From assembly GCA_030141605.1 (NCBI GenBank), contig JAQGDQ010000565.1:1-64000 (forward strand): a stretch of DNA of 64,000 nucleotides. The letters are read 5' to 3'. How positions within the stretch are numbered: position 1 is the first letter of the stretch; every line of letters starts with the position of its first letter. This DNA is from Tubiluchus corallicola (taxonomy: Eukaryota; Animalia; Priapulida). Below, piece after piece: positions 14,636 to 29,600 of this stretch. A model generated the notes under the pieces. That model saw nothing but the letters and a program-made list of their open reading frames with translations. It did no database searches and had not been told where the DNA came from. A program made the position numbers and the translations under genes.

Positions 14636-17600
14636 TCAGTCGTTTTAGCTAACACGCCACAAACACTTGCTGTGTAGAATGCGTGCCTCTATATATACCT
14701 TCAGTCGTTTTCCTAGCACACCCAAACACTTGCTGTGTAGAATGCTTGCTTCTATATATATACCTTCAGTCGTTTTAGCTACCACACCACAAACACTTGC
14801 TGTATAGAATGCTCGCCTCTATATAAACCTTCAGTCGTTTTAGCTACCACACCACAAACACTTGCTGTGTGGAATGCTTGCTTCTTTGTATACCTTCAGT
14901 CGTTTTAACTAAAAGTTGAGCAACTAGAAGTTGCAAAATCTGTAAATAACTGAAGTCTATGAAAGTGTGCAGATATATGCAACTAAAAGTTGAGCAACTA
15001 GAAGTTGTAAAATCTGTAAATAACTGAAGTCTGTGAAAGTGTGCAGATATATGCAACTAAAAGTTGAGCAACTAGAAGTTGCAAAATCTGTAAATAACTG
15101 AAGTCTATGAAAGTGTGCAGATATATGCAATGAAAAGTTGCAAAATCTGTAAATAACTGAAGTCTATGACAATTTGTGATGATTAATAGTAAATTAGTGG
15201 TGTCACCAATGTTCAATTACTTATTGCAAAATTACTGGTGAAATTTTTCGTTTCGCTAACGAGTTTCCTGATGCCTGTTAGACAGTTTTACGCCCTCTGG
15301 CAGAATCTCTGACGTTTTCACGTTAATTTTATTCGCTAATGAAGAGTACGTCCTTGGAAAATTGAGCGCTGTCGGCAACAAGGAATGATCTTGGTCATGG
15401 ATTACAAAAATAACTTGATTAAAGGAAAACCAGACCCAACTTTAAACTGCAGGTCAAAGCAATCTACACTTTAAAATATTCGAAGAAAACTTTTTTTTAG
15501 AGTTGCGTGAAAGAATTATTATCACACAAACACAATTTCATGTTCGCGTCATTAGTTCTTCGCTCTTACATGCATTTTGCCATTCGCTAGTTAGATGGGT
15601 TCTAGCACCTGCCTTTCGGAAATGCATTGCACAAAAAACAGGCACTGTACCTCTCAGTTCAGATGTGTTTGTTTGTGATGAACTACACACATTCAGCAGG
15701 TCATGCTTCAGCAGCACTTGCCTAGTTTTAGTACAACACACTGAATATCTTACAGTAGCACTGTACTTCAACTTTCCCTTTCCCAAAACACGTTCAGCAC
15801 GCTCATGGAACGTTTTTGCTGTTGAAAATTGTGTTGGTTTGTGATGTCATCACTAACTGGGCTAGCCTGCCACTAACTAAAATTTTAACATATTATGTAA
15901 TTATCAGAAATGCTTTGCTATTATAACATGTGTTAAATTGTCTACATTTTACCGTACTTCAAAATGGGGTAGGATGTGAAAAATCGTTCTGTTTTCCTTT
16001 AAGGAAACAGGAAACTACTTAGACAGAATTTGAATTGATGTCCGTGTTTTAAAATTACATATTTTACCTTATAACTATTCTGAGGTTGTCACAAATTGTG
16101 CATAAAACAAATCAGTATGACGTCTAGGTGACATTAAATTTTACCAGAAGGTGATCGAATGTTATTCACAAAGACAAACCCTTGTGCTAACTAATAAGGA
16201 ATTTATTCAACCGAGCAAGCGACTAAACTGCTAGCTAACCAACCAATTACTTTGTTAGTTTAATTCGCTTGCCCACCATATTTTGAAGCACTGGACCAAC
16301 GGTCGAGTCTTTTTAACGGTGCGTTGAAGATTCTATCTGCTGTCCTGTATTTCTGGAACAAGTTCTGTCATGGCTGTCTGTTAATTAGGGGCGAGCATTC
16401 TCTACCAGAAAGTGAATTAGAATCGAATCGAATTTGCGAGTTTAGAATTCGAATTGAACCGAATTTCAGTATTTCGAATCGGAATCGAATTCGATTTGAG
16501 TTTGGATGATGGATGTTAGAACAAGTTTTTGAACCACTAGTAAAAATTAGTCTTACAAAGATCATGCATAGTACTTGATTTTGTTCTGCAGTAAAACCAC
16601 TATTAGTTTATTAAAAATTTTCCACAGAAACTGCAGCTAAATTAAGCTAGTTTCATGATGTTTCAAACATTTTAGCGATAAAGAACGTATGTGGCTGGAG
16701 TGATGAACGATTAGAATCTATAATTTTAGGTTCGAATCGAATTCGAACCAAAAAAAACTCGTTCGAATGGAGTTCGAACGTTCGATGCTCACCCTTACTG
16801 TTCATACGGCTCATCAAATTTTACTGCAAAGCTCAAGTCAGAATGCAAGTGACGCCAATATAGGTTTTTCCTAACAGCTGCCCTGGACATGCAATTTTAA
16901 TTACTGGAATTGTTTAATTATGTATATGTTTATTGTGTGTAGTTCTATACATTTGCATGACTACAGTTGCACTCGCTAGTTTTTTCTGTTACTGTGCTTG
17001 CTCCTGCATTGTTGGTTTATTTTAATACGTTATGTTATTAGCCATATTGGCTTGAACAGGTAGCCCAAGAACTTCAATCACATTGTTACTTATACTGTTT
17101 CTTTATAGTTTTCTATATAAAAATACTCGATGTACGTCAGATGACAGATAGATAAATTAGACTTTTAGACAAACTTTTAGACAGACTTTTAGATAAATTA
17201 CAAAAGAAATGACGGCACAGCAGTGCCAGATAAAAATGGTTATTTTCTGTAATTGTACGAACTACATGTTTAAAATAAATTGTTCAAGCAATCAGCCAAA
17301 ATCAAATGTGAGAGGGCGCCACTATTTCACAATATTCATTTTATTTTTGCCTGATAATGTAAGACAAAAATATCTCATTTGTTGATGGTTACAGAGTGGG
17401 TTTTATTAAATTTGTCTAGTAGGTTAGAATTTAATGAATTGGGTTGTGTTGTGTTGTTTTAACTTTTTTTAACCTCGTCAAATGCTTCTACATTCTTTTT
17501 TGCAACCTTCCAAATGTTCTCCGTAAATCTGTATGCTGTTTTGTCTGTTTGCATCAATATGTCTGCGAGGTCGTTCTATTTGCCATAAAGTGTACCGGTT

Positions 17601-20600
17601 CACACAGGCAGATCTGATCTAGACTCGTTGCTGTCTATTGCAGCATTCACACTAAATACAAATGTGCTAAAATACGAAAAAAGAACAGTAGCAGACAAAG
17701 GATGTGCGTTTTTGGTGTTTGTATTTTGCATGCGTTTCATGCAGCTGTGTAGCATCCGTGTTTATTTCAGTACTTTTGAACAGTATGTTGTTTTACATTC
17801 GTTGTACAATTCTCCTCAGTTCTGGTAGCTCTTTACCTCATTCAGGAGCACATTTTCAGGATTCAAAAATAGGTCTTATAAGAACTCTGACTTTTCTGCT
17901 ACTGTATGAGCACTGACATAACTAAATGATTGCAAATTAGGTACTGTCCTATTCAGGAGAATATCGTCTATCCAATCCGCTATTTGTTTAAACATTTATA
18001 AGTGATTTAATTTAATAAATTTAACAAAAACACGCGCCTTTCAGGCACTCCAACTTAACCTATCTAGTAGTTTAATCTGGTGTATACTTGCGTGATCGTA
18101 CACACTAATTTATTGATCGTCTGCTTGCTGCAGTCCAAGCTGTGCATTGTTCTGCTGCTATTCCAGGAAAAACCAACCAAACAACCAAGGTCAAATTAAG
18201 GTCGTTTGATCTTTTAACAGGAATTTCTCCTTAAAAATAGAGTAGACTTGAGGCCAAAGTTTATCAGAGTTTTGTTCCTGGACAGTTGAAATTTAGCTGA
18301 TTTCACACAAGTGATACTGTACATTGTTACAGTGCAAACATTGCAGTTACTGAAAACTTTTTTCAATTTATTCGCCAAAAATCGATTTTTAATTTGTCTA
18401 AGGTAAGCAGATGCATTGCACGTATAATTTTGCATGAAAATTGATTGTACGAGGAGTAGAAACCTACAAAATTATCAAATATAATACAATCGCTGCTTAG
18501 TGTGAGCAGTTTTTCACGAACCCTTGCAAAGTACATTTAGCTGATTTCACACAAGTGATACTGTGCATTGTTACAGTGCAAACATTGCAGTTACTGAAAA
18601 CGTTTTTTCAATTTATTCGCCAAAAATCGATTTTTAATTTGTCTAAGGTAAGCAGATGCATTGCACGTATAATTTTGCATGAAAATTGATTGTACGAGGA
18701 GTAGAAACCTACAAAATTATCAAATATAACACAATCGCTGCTTAGTGTGAGCAGTTTTTCACGAACCCTTGCAAAGTACAGCAAACACTTACGGTCCTGA
18801 AGGAGTTAAAACTTCTTTTGTAAAATTTGCGAATAAATTAAAAATGGAATTTGATTATGTTTGCATTGTTGGCAATTAATTTTGAGGTGTGATTGTTTTT
18901 ATTATTGATTTTCGTAGACGAGTCTTCTGCAAAGAAAGAAGCTGAGGAGATGACGTCTGTTAAACAGAAACTCATTGAGCTCGAAGAATTGATCTCAACC
19001 ATCCAATCCGGGCCAAGTGGTTTGGAAAGTATTGGTGCTAATATCACACAACTTAGTGCGCAGGTAGTGATAATTCGTTTTAGTTTAGTTTGACGTTTTA
19101 GCTGATGTAGAATAACTGTATAACTTGTTTCGTTGCCATAAAAATTCTCTCCACACGCAGTGGCATAAAAGCAACAAACAATTTATTGAGAAAACCTTGC
19201 ACTCAAAAACATAACCTTTAACATTGCTATCTTTTGATCAACTGGAACTTGCATGCCTGAGAGAATAAAGCTGTAATCACATGACCAGACATACAAGTTC
19301 CTATTGGAAGGTACAACACATTCATGCATACAGACCATAAATGGAAAGGTTACCTATACTCTACAGACCTCTAGTTAAATCAAAATCAAAGTCTACTTGG
19401 CTTCTTTGATAGCAGAATAAAGATTATTGGTTTACAGAAAGCTGTGTTATAATGTTATAATTTTTCTCCATATAAACTTGAATAAGAGAGTTATAACAAG
19501 AATTAAAGCATGAAATTAACAATCTAATTACTCTGATTAATGACTATCTATAAAAGCAAAAGGAAACAATATTTAGAAACAAAAAATCACTCTCTGACAA
19601 ACTTTGTACAATTAGAGTGTAGATGGCAGCATAGACTAAATCAGTACTTTAGTGTAGTAGACTGACAATTAAATGGATCACATAATACCACAATCGCGTA
19701 CTCTGTACAATAAGTGACAGATGATGTTGTTTTCAATATTTTGTAACTGATTGTTGAAAATATTCTAATGAAGTTTTGGTGCGCTGTTCTGTGCTGTTGG
19801 TCTATTAGCAGCCCCACTAATTTTAACTACGGGATGCCATTGCGACTTGGCAAAATTGTCAGCGCCGCAGTGTCAAAATATCTATCCCAGAACTGGCAAA
19901 TATCTCCTCTTGTCTGCAGGGGTACATTTTAATAAAGGGGCTCGGGTCGACAGGATGGTACATAACATTTTGCTTGGAGATACAGCGATTACAAGTAATA
20001 GTACCGAACAATTTATTATACCAAAGTATGGCCTACATGGAAGTGAATCTAGCATGCCTTCGAAATTTTGTGTGGGAGCCTCATACGTCTCACACGGCTT
20101 GTAATCTTGAGCGGAATAAGTCAACCAGTGATTGGAAATTCACCGGACCTGAACCCAGTTAAACACATTGGAGCCATCCTGAAAGACAGAGTAGATGCTG
20201 ATATGATAAAAAACTTGCCATTGACGAGTATTGGACTACGGCCAAATCATGTTGAAAACACCGGTTCTCATCTGATCACCGAAGTTAAGCAACTTGGAGC
20301 CTGGTTAGTACTTGGATGGGTGACCGCCTAGGAATACCAGGTGCTGTAGGCTTGCGGGATGCCCACACTGTATCTCGACACTAGGCGGAGGAACTGCACA
20401 AGCAGCCAAGTCTAGAGGACGGAGGAGGTCAAGTGTCCCAACGGTCATGTGTAGAGGAGTAAACCTTCCAAATCAGGAGTGGAGCCCTGAAGGCGGACCA
20501 GTGCAGCATGCTCACTGACTCTGGCAGCTCCTGCAGCCAACCTGGTGCCAAACGTATCGCTCTGCTGTCCTTTGGACTACACCAGGGAGGAAGAGAGTGG

Positions 20601-23600
20601 GTTCCTGTTGTCTGGGCAACTCAGGAACTCCATACACCTTGCATAGGCGTGCGCCCTGGAGACGTTCAAGGATCGCACTGCTCAGCCATAGTCGACGCTG
20701 CAGCTCTATCAATGTGATCAATAACTGACTCTCTTGGCGCACACTCCATTGTCTTCCGAGACAGAAGGATGCCAACCGACCAGTATTCAACGGACGATCT
20801 TGAGTTCTTTGAACCACTGATCCAATCATACCCCTAAAGAATGCTGGCTGTGCAAAATGCATGAGGCTTCTACATCATGTTCTCATGGCACAATGCAGTT
20901 ACTATTTTGAAGTAATAAATTTTTCTGTGCTATTAGTCTGTGTTTTTGTGTGCCACCGTGTATTGGAAAACAGCTGGCATAAATCATTGCCTAGGAGATT
21001 TAAAATCTTAATCCATTAAACTGCGTTCAATTTTAATATGTTGTGAACACTCTGCAAGCTAGAGCCTCGCACATTTTCAGCATTCACTTGCTGGAAACTT
21101 GTCAGACATTCCTTGTCGCAAAAGTGGGTCAACGGGTAAAAGTGGGCCAACAGGTAAAAATGGTGACAGGCTGAACTGAACATTTTTTAAATCAGCAAAT
21201 AAGCATCCTGTATCCCTGCAGCAGTTTTAGCTGTCCTTGGTTTGCTCCTTGTGTTCAGAACATCTTCCGTGTTTCCTGTAATTTCTGAAAAGCGTTAAAG
21301 ATGATTTATTACGTGTTAGCAGCAGTTTGCCTGTTAAACTGACATTTCATTTTTCACAATGTGTGGGAATTTTCAGACCGTTTTGTGTGTAGTCGCATCA
21401 AGGCATTTTGCTTAGAAACTTGTTGCAGTAATGCCCTGTTCACTTCAGCAAATTTGTTCCCGCATTTGTTCACACTGTAATAATTGAATCGATATCCAAT
21501 GAAACTATTTTCTCTATTCATTCTTGATCTTTTGTCAACGTTAATCTTACAAAACAGCGGACTTTCATATCTGTCAGTGAAATGTCTGCTGGAGAAGAAG
21601 ACATTGCTCGGTTTTTTTGCCCTAATTAAAGTTATCTCATTTTGATCACATCAGTCTCTGCACCATTCAGGAAGATGCAGTCTACCTTCATTATACCACC
21701 CAGTTTAGGACTGCAAATAAGTCGATGTTTTGGCAGGTTTCGCATTATCACAACGCGCATTAATACTGACATGTCTATGCAAGTTGAGACATTTTGTTTT
21801 GCCAAAAATGTGGGTGCTACGTGAAGTTGGCATCGTAAAGGTGGCGCTATAATTAGGTTTGGCTGTAGTAATTCACATAGTAATCTGTAATGGAACGTTA
21901 CCGTCATGGCAGAACTCCGTGAAACATGCAGGCATTTAGCTTCAAGACCGTCGGCGACAACAGAACTGAATTTAACACAGTGAGTGTTACGATGAGAAGT
22001 AGTGTCACTTGAAAACATTCTCTTCAAGGCCAAGACCAATGGCTGCATGATGGTGGTGATGTGAAGTAATTCAGAAGTGTTTTATGTGAAGTGGTTTAGC
22101 CATCAAAGACAAAAGTAGATAAAGACATTTATTTTCCATCACTCGTCTAACAGACAACGTTAGCACTAACGGCCATTTTGCTTACACTTACACACAAATA
22201 ACAAATAACGTATGGTATACATCCTCGCATTGACAGCCGCTAGAATCGAACTCAAGGCTGTGATTGCAGTCTGATGTCTAAATCACTTGCTCGCTTTATC
22301 CTGGACACCCAACCCAAGACTAGCTCAGTCATTCATGATATTCAGTTAGCAAAACAATCACTTCTTACTGCATCACTATTCGGGTAATTTAACTTGAAAA
22401 GAGCGTTACAGGCAGACAGTTGATCATATCTAGACTGAGCCAATAGTCCTTTTGATTTGTTCAGCATTGACACTTTGCATTTTGCAATGGTTACAGATAA
22501 GAAGCATCAAATTTTGAGCACTCAGTGTTAACTAACATAAATACTGGATATGAGATAATGATATAGACTCTTTTTTGTCCAGTCTCATTTAGTCAGCCAT
22601 CTAGTATAAACTGCCAGGTGTATTGGTTTTCCTCAAGGCAGTGTTTTGGGCCCTCTTCTATTTAGCTGTGATTGTTTCCATAACCTTGCTGGTCATCCTA
22701 ACATGGAACTGAGTGTTTCTGATGTAGTGCAAATCTCAAAATGTTTCTGTACAAATATTACTGTCTTGTCTGTGGGTCAAAATCAATCCTTAATCCGAGA
22801 AAGTTGCAATATTGATTGGTTTTGGCAAGATGTTCCACGTCGCGTAGGTTAAATGAATGCTTCTTGCCACTTCGCTTGATTTTCATGATCGCACTCCTCT
22901 CTCTCCAGGCAGTTGGGTATTGCAAGTTGATTTTTGTTTAGATTGAAACATTTATATCATTAAGACCGTTTAGAGTTCGGTTTCTCAAAAGGCTAATTTA
23001 AACATTGTCCTTATGCCATTCTTACAATAGAACAGTGGTTCCCAAAGTAGGGGTAAATTACCTCCCGGGGGTAATATGTTTTTTTTAGGGGGGTAACGGG
23101 CACCCCTCTGAAAATTTTTAAAACTTCGTTCGGAATGCATTTTACGTAGTTTTCTTCTTGTAGAGACTGCCTCCGGCAGGCAACACTGTGTCATGGGGTC
23201 CATCATTCGCACGTTCCCATTCATTCATTCATTTCTTCTTGTTTTCGTTTGTTCGAGTAATAATTACTCGAACGAACCTGCTCACTCAGTAATGAGCAGG
23301 TTCAGTAATTGTAATTCTTGTTTTGGCAACAATACAACAACAACACCTGGAAATTTATTTATGTCACGAGCAAACATAAATAATTTTGCTTGTTTGTGGC
23401 ATATACGTGTGTTTAATTTTTGAGTTGGAGAAGTAGTACTAGGTGGGGGGTAATGGACACGACCGGGTTTCCCGATTTGCGTAACGGTCCGAGAAAGTTT
23501 GGGAACCACTGCAATAGAACTATGCTTGCTGGTCCACTACATGTTATTCTGTGCATAACGTCAGGCTTGATAGGTAAGTCGATGCCGACCTTCGATGTTC

Positions 23601-26600
23601 TTTTTCGAACATTTGGAGCGATTCGTATTGACTTAGTCATATGTAGGACTAAAAATTGCGTTACTAATTTACATCTAACAACCTTGTACAATTGTTTAGT
23701 ATTACCATACCTCACATACTTCCTGTTGCTTCCTTTGGGAACACACATATACAACTAATATAAATAGATTACGGCTTATCCAATGAAAACTTCTTAGAAT
23801 CATTTGTAATCTTAGAAAAAGAGAACATCTTAGTGTAACAAATTTCAAAACTGATAAAATTTTAACTGTTGATGATTTAATACATATGAATACAGCTGCA
23901 TGCATGTGTAAAACTAAATATAATCTCTTTCCAACGTTCTTTAATAATCCAGTCCAACCAAATAATCGGTGTTACGCAACCAGAATGAATGAGTTTGTCG
24001 TAAATTTCTGTAGAACAAACGTGGCAATTCATTGCAAGTGTTTGTCCAAGGCTTTGGAATGACATAAATGATGAATTAAAAACTATTCAGCCAATTCAAA
24101 AATTTAAAAAGAAATACAGAGCAAAGATTCTCAACAAGTACAACACTTCCTAATTTCCTACACCTACTGCAGCAGTCATACCACATTCCTGGTACAGATT
24201 ATACAAAACAAGGCGTCATTGATAAATCTTTACAGCTGATGCAAATATCGCACAATCTACTATCTTTCTTCCTACCATTTCCACTAACTCATCATTCTTC
24301 CTGTCCTGTGTGATCTAACCTTTCTCCCAGTTCTTCTTTTTTTGTTCACTCATCCATTCCTTTTTTATCGGGTTCACATGACAGTGGGTTTATACAAGCC
24401 TTTGCTTCTCTAGCCCACTGCAGTACAATTAATATTTTATGATAACGATAGTGTATGAAACATAATGATTTATTACAGTATTGTTTAACAATTTTGATGT
24501 TACCTTGTATTACACGTCATTATATTGTACTGAATGTGATAATAATAAAAACCTCAAACTTCATAACGCTTACCCATTTGAAATACTTATGGAAAAGAAA
24601 TTTCGCAATAATTTAAAATATTCGTGCCAGCAGGTAAAACTTTGTTGTATCACCATCCCAGTGTACACCACTGGTTCACCTAAAAACACATTATTAATCT
24701 TATTGACAATATAAAGTAATTCATACTTTTGCTTAGTGAAAAGTATGCTACGAATGCTCTGATTATTTTTTCAAGTTTTAAGCAATGTTATCTAAACTTG
24801 TTTCAATTGGCACGGGATCGCTATCCCAGTGTGCACCACTTATTCACCAAAAACACGTTATTGATCTTATTGACGATATAAAGTAATTTATACTTTTCCT
24901 TAGTTAGCATAGAGTGTGGTACGAATGCTTGGATTATTTTTTCAAACTATGTTTTAAACTTGTTTCAAACGAGTTACTTTAAAATGGCTGCACCTGACTT
25001 TCATCAAATTTACAAGTTTTTTACAGCGTTACTGCTAATTCAATAAGCTCTGTATACAATAAGACAGCGTGTAGGTGATTTAGCTTTTCAGTACAAATTT
25101 TTGAGCTTCATTCTTGAGGATTGTTTCGTTGTGCTTTAAATTAATGGTTTTATTGCAGGTGCAAAGTTTAAATCAATCCGTTGGTGCTTTGAAGCAGAGC
25201 GTTTCCGCTGCTGCCGACCTTGTGAAACTGCCGCAGACCGTAAATTCCATCACGGAGGTAATTTTGTCTGCTTAGCGTGTTGTAACTTGTCGGCGTTCGT
25301 TATTTGTTAGCCATATAGTTGTTCGTTTCCCCGAAGCCGTAAATTACTCGACACAAGTTCGTCGATTTTTGTTGGACGGGACAAATGAATTTACGTTGGT
25401 TATGGGTTCAGTTCTGGGTTCGAGTTTACTTTTGGCTGAAACAGTTTGCGCATTTTAATTAGGCAATGTTGGTGTGTGGTTTTTTAATTACTGAAGTCGA
25501 CGTGGGAACCAGTTTACATTATTGGAAATGAGTTACTGTAGTAACAGGTGCAGGAAAGATGGGCCAATGTTTTGATCACTTTATTGTAAGAAGAAAATTA
25601 CCGCACTTATGTTGCAGATGCTTATGTACATTCACTTAGATTTGTCCAAAAATACAGAAATTTTAAAACAAATTTCAAGGCAAAAGTTATTATTGTTAAA
25701 ATTCGCATTGTGTCCACCATTTTCTATCCAAGTTACACGAAGACGTTTCTTCCAACAGCTGATGCAGTTTCTCGCTTCTTTAAGGTGTCTTTGGTCGCAT
25801 TTTTGTCCTTAGTTTTCCTCCAAATCGAGCGGCTCTGTGTGCGGCCATTGTATGTTTTTTCTTTAAAGGAAAACCGGACGATCGTGTAACCATTAGTTCA
25901 GAATAAAGAATTCTCTAAAATATTGAAACTACAATTTAAAACCAAAGCCTAGATTAAATAATTACCTCAGATACTCAAATTTCGTTAAACTTTCAAAGCT
26001 ACGCACGGCTCAGTGAATCTACTAAGATTGGCAATGGCACCTTTTTGTCATGTGCACGTGGCCGACCAGTAGAAGGCGGCACCGTAATAACTATGACCAT
26101 GAACTGCTGTGTTAGTTTCTGACGTCGTATGATGTAGAGCCCATTTTCGTGACGTCATGCGTTTAAACAGTAACACTTACGCAAACGTGCTTGACGCGCA
26201 AGGGAAGATGCCTGCCATTGCATAAACTGTGGTTAGTTTCTGATGGAAACAATAGCTGTGTTCGGTTGCCGCTAATTAACTTTCTAAGCTAATTATACAA
26301 GTATAAGAAACAATTGTTAACTTTTATAGGCAAGAAAATGCATATATTGGACAATGAATTAAAATGAGATTGAGTCAAAACAATCGTCCGGTTTTCCTTT
26401 AGGAGAAGTCCAGATACTGTAATCCAGAAGATTAAGACCCATATTTTCTTGGCAATAAATCTTTATCAGTGTTTTATTTTCTGTAGTGAAAAGCATGATG
26501 TAAACTAGTTGATTTCTTTACCATTTTGCTGCCATGTATTGAGTGTTTTATATGTCAACACGACTGTTTTTCAATTTATGATTATAGCCGGCTTTGTTCC

Positions 26601-29600
26601 GGCTTTTAATGTTTTAACAAGCAAAACCTTCTGGCCATAACTCAAAATTTACCAAAGCTATAAACTTGTAACTTTCACTGCCAAAAGTTAACGTATTGTA
26701 ATATGATGCTGTGAAATGTTATCGTTTTAGGGCGTTTGCTTCTAACATCACTGTAGTCTAAACTTGTTGATACTAGGAATATGAATGCTTGAGGCAAAAC
26801 CGGACCCAATTTTAAACTGTAGAGTCAAAACAATCTACTCTTTAAAATATTGATAAGAAACATACTATTTATTAAAAAATGACTTGCGTGAAAGAATTAT
26901 TACCACACAAACGCAATTCCACGTTTGTGCAACTAGTTCTTTGTTGTTATTTGAATTTAACCATTCGCTAGTTAGACGGGCACTAGTGGTTGCATTTCAA
27001 AAATGCATTGTACAAAAAACAGGTGCTGTACCTCTCCTAGCTGTACCTTACCTAGCACAGTGGTAATCATTTATTTGTGCATTTAAACAGGTTCTTGGTG
27101 GTTCAGAATTTCAATAATGCTTCAAAGATTAATTAGAAAATCGTTTATTTGTGTATTTAAACAGGTTCTTGGTGGTTCAGAATTTCAGTAATGCTTTAAA
27201 GATTAATTATAAAATCATTTATTTGTGTATTTACACAGGTTCTTGGTGGTTCAGAATTTCAGTAATGCTTTAAATTTTACCGAGTAATCTGAAAGATGAG
27301 ATAAGCGCCCGCAATGTTAGTAATGTTGTATAGGAATTACCTTGCAATTGTGTAGACATGTATGTGGGCAGAACATCTCAAAGTTTGATTGATATAGTGA
27401 AACAATGCATTCGGGTATTGATATTTGCAAGCACACATTTTGGTACATGAATATGACTGACGTAAGCGTACGAAGGTTTTCGTTTAAGTTTTGATCTTGA
27501 GCAGTATTTTTCTTCTACTTTCTTGTTTGTAAAATGCAAAAACTTTATTGTTTTGTCGTCTTGCAGTCAATGGCGAAGATAGGCAGCGAGTCGGAAGCTA
27601 CCAAACAAACAGTAAAAGAGTTGTCGGCCAGCAAGAAGGACTACGAGGAATTCAAGGTTCAAACTAGTAAAGATGTTGAAGATTTACAGGTAAGGTGATG
27701 GATAACTTTAGAAGTTAATTATTATTGATAACTCACCTTCTCGTCAAGTTAACTCACTAGGTAACTCGCCGGGTAACTCGCAAATTGGGAAAGATATTGA
27801 AGATTTACAGGTAAGGTGATGGATAACCTTAGAAGTTAATTATTATTGATAACTCATCTTCTCGTCAAGTTAACTCACTAGGTAACTCGCCGGGTAACTC
27901 GCAAATTGGGAAAGATATTGAAGATTTACAGGTAAGGTGATGGATAACCTTAGAAGTTAATAATTATTGATAACTCATCTTCTCGTCAAGTTAACTCACT
28001 AGGTAACTCGCCCGGTAACTCGCAAATTGGGAAAGATATTGAAGATTTACAGGTAAGGTGATGGATAACCTTAGAAGTTAATTAATATTGATAACTCACC
28101 TTCTCGTCAAGTTAACTCAGTAAGTAACTCGCCGGGTAACTCGCAAACTGAGAAAGATATTGAAGATTTACAGGTAAGGTGATTGATAACCATAGAAGTT
28201 AATTATTATTGATAACTCACTGTTACGACACGTTTAGTCTAGCGTGTTTTCTCGTCAAGTTAACTCACTAAGTAACTCGCCAGCTAACTCGCAAGCATGT
28301 TCAGACTAGAGGGAATAACTTGCTGCGAATTACTCTCCAACAGTAAGTGCGAGATAACATTCGATTCTCTACTCGCTAGGAGAAGTGTCGAGACTAACAA
28401 CGCAGTTCACACTTGCGACAGAAAACTTGCTAGTCTGAACATGCCTTTAGGCATTTGGTTGCCATATTTATATGCTGTAATTCCATGTGCAGTGCGAATT
28501 GACCAATTCTTCTTGAGAGTAATGTTAATGTCTAGTAAAAGTCGCATTAGGTCGTTGGCACGTGCTCAACTGCAGTTCGAGTAAATCCCTACTCGTCAAT
28601 CGTGGTCATGTACACGTGCGATTGCAGTTAGCTAAGTTGAACCACTTTAGAGACTGGTATTTACTAGTGTTAGTTTTCCTTGTAATGCAAAATTACGACA
28701 GTGTAAAACTGCAAAATATTGATTATGTGAGTTTTGATACACATGGGTGTGAAGAAGAGTTCTAAAAGTGTTTGAATTAGGGGAATTTATGGCAAAGAAT
28801 TCCACACATTTCTAACTCGACAAGCGTAGTTCCATACATTGAGTCGAACCTGTGGCTTTGTAAGCTTTAAATTATGTCCATAAAGCCTTGTATAACTGAA
28901 CGTAAAAGACGTCTTTAGTCACCAACAAGGCTATGGAGCAAACGGTAAGTAAGAATCAAGTGAGCTCGTTGATGCCTTATGTAGAGAGGATTAAGATCGG
29001 TTGTGGCTCGTAGCTAAAATTAGTGGAGGTGCTGCTTCAGAAAATTTTAGCCATTGTTTTAATACTGTGTAAAGCAAAACAAACATGTGTAATTTTAATG
29101 TTGTAATTTGTAATTGTATTTTTAAACAAACATACATGCATAAACTTGACGAAATCGTAAGCAAAAAATGTTTTTTTACTAACACTTTACTGCACTTTAC
29201 AAACAAACAAACACATATCTATACCAGCAAAAATATTTTTTGCTTACTAATAGCCTAAATTGTCACAGTTCAAGCTTGATCTACACACGGTAAGCATGTG
29301 ACAACTGACGACAAACTGTGTGAGCGACAGTACTTTCTCTACCTGTGCCCAGACATGTTGCGCATGGCCGCTGGAGCGCACTGTGCTGAGCTGTGAAGCA
29401 AACAGTAGTACCCTCACGTGCTCTGGTTCCGTACAAGTATAAAGAAAGAATTAAAAAACAAAAAATTGTTATATTGAATATATCAAAATTGAATTTATTG
29501 CCGACCGGTTTCGAACAAAGTAGTTATTATCAAGCCTATAAACTTCTTCACGGTTTTCGTCGCTGTCCGCCATTTTCATATTCACAAACTATTTTTATAG

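Larger units (their letters stand above)
20130..20880 (+). pseudogene. Decayed Tc1/mariner transposase C-terminus, split by the 5S-SINE
   Basis: GNSPDLNPVKHIGAILKDRV before the insert (SPDLNPIE motif) and EFFEPLIQSYP*RMLAVQNA*GFY after it (typical Tc1 C-terminus, with stops). Confidence 0.65.

Noticed and set aside
15503-15844. Recurring MRERIITTQTQFHV ORFs (also 26884 and 44858) as a gene family
   Set aside because: They are copies of MITE family B, and the frames are not conserved between copies.
20234-20353. Functional 5S rRNA gene
   Set aside because: Solitary, intronic, carries a helix I mismatch and CpG-decay changes, has no oligo-T terminator and is fused to a foreign body.
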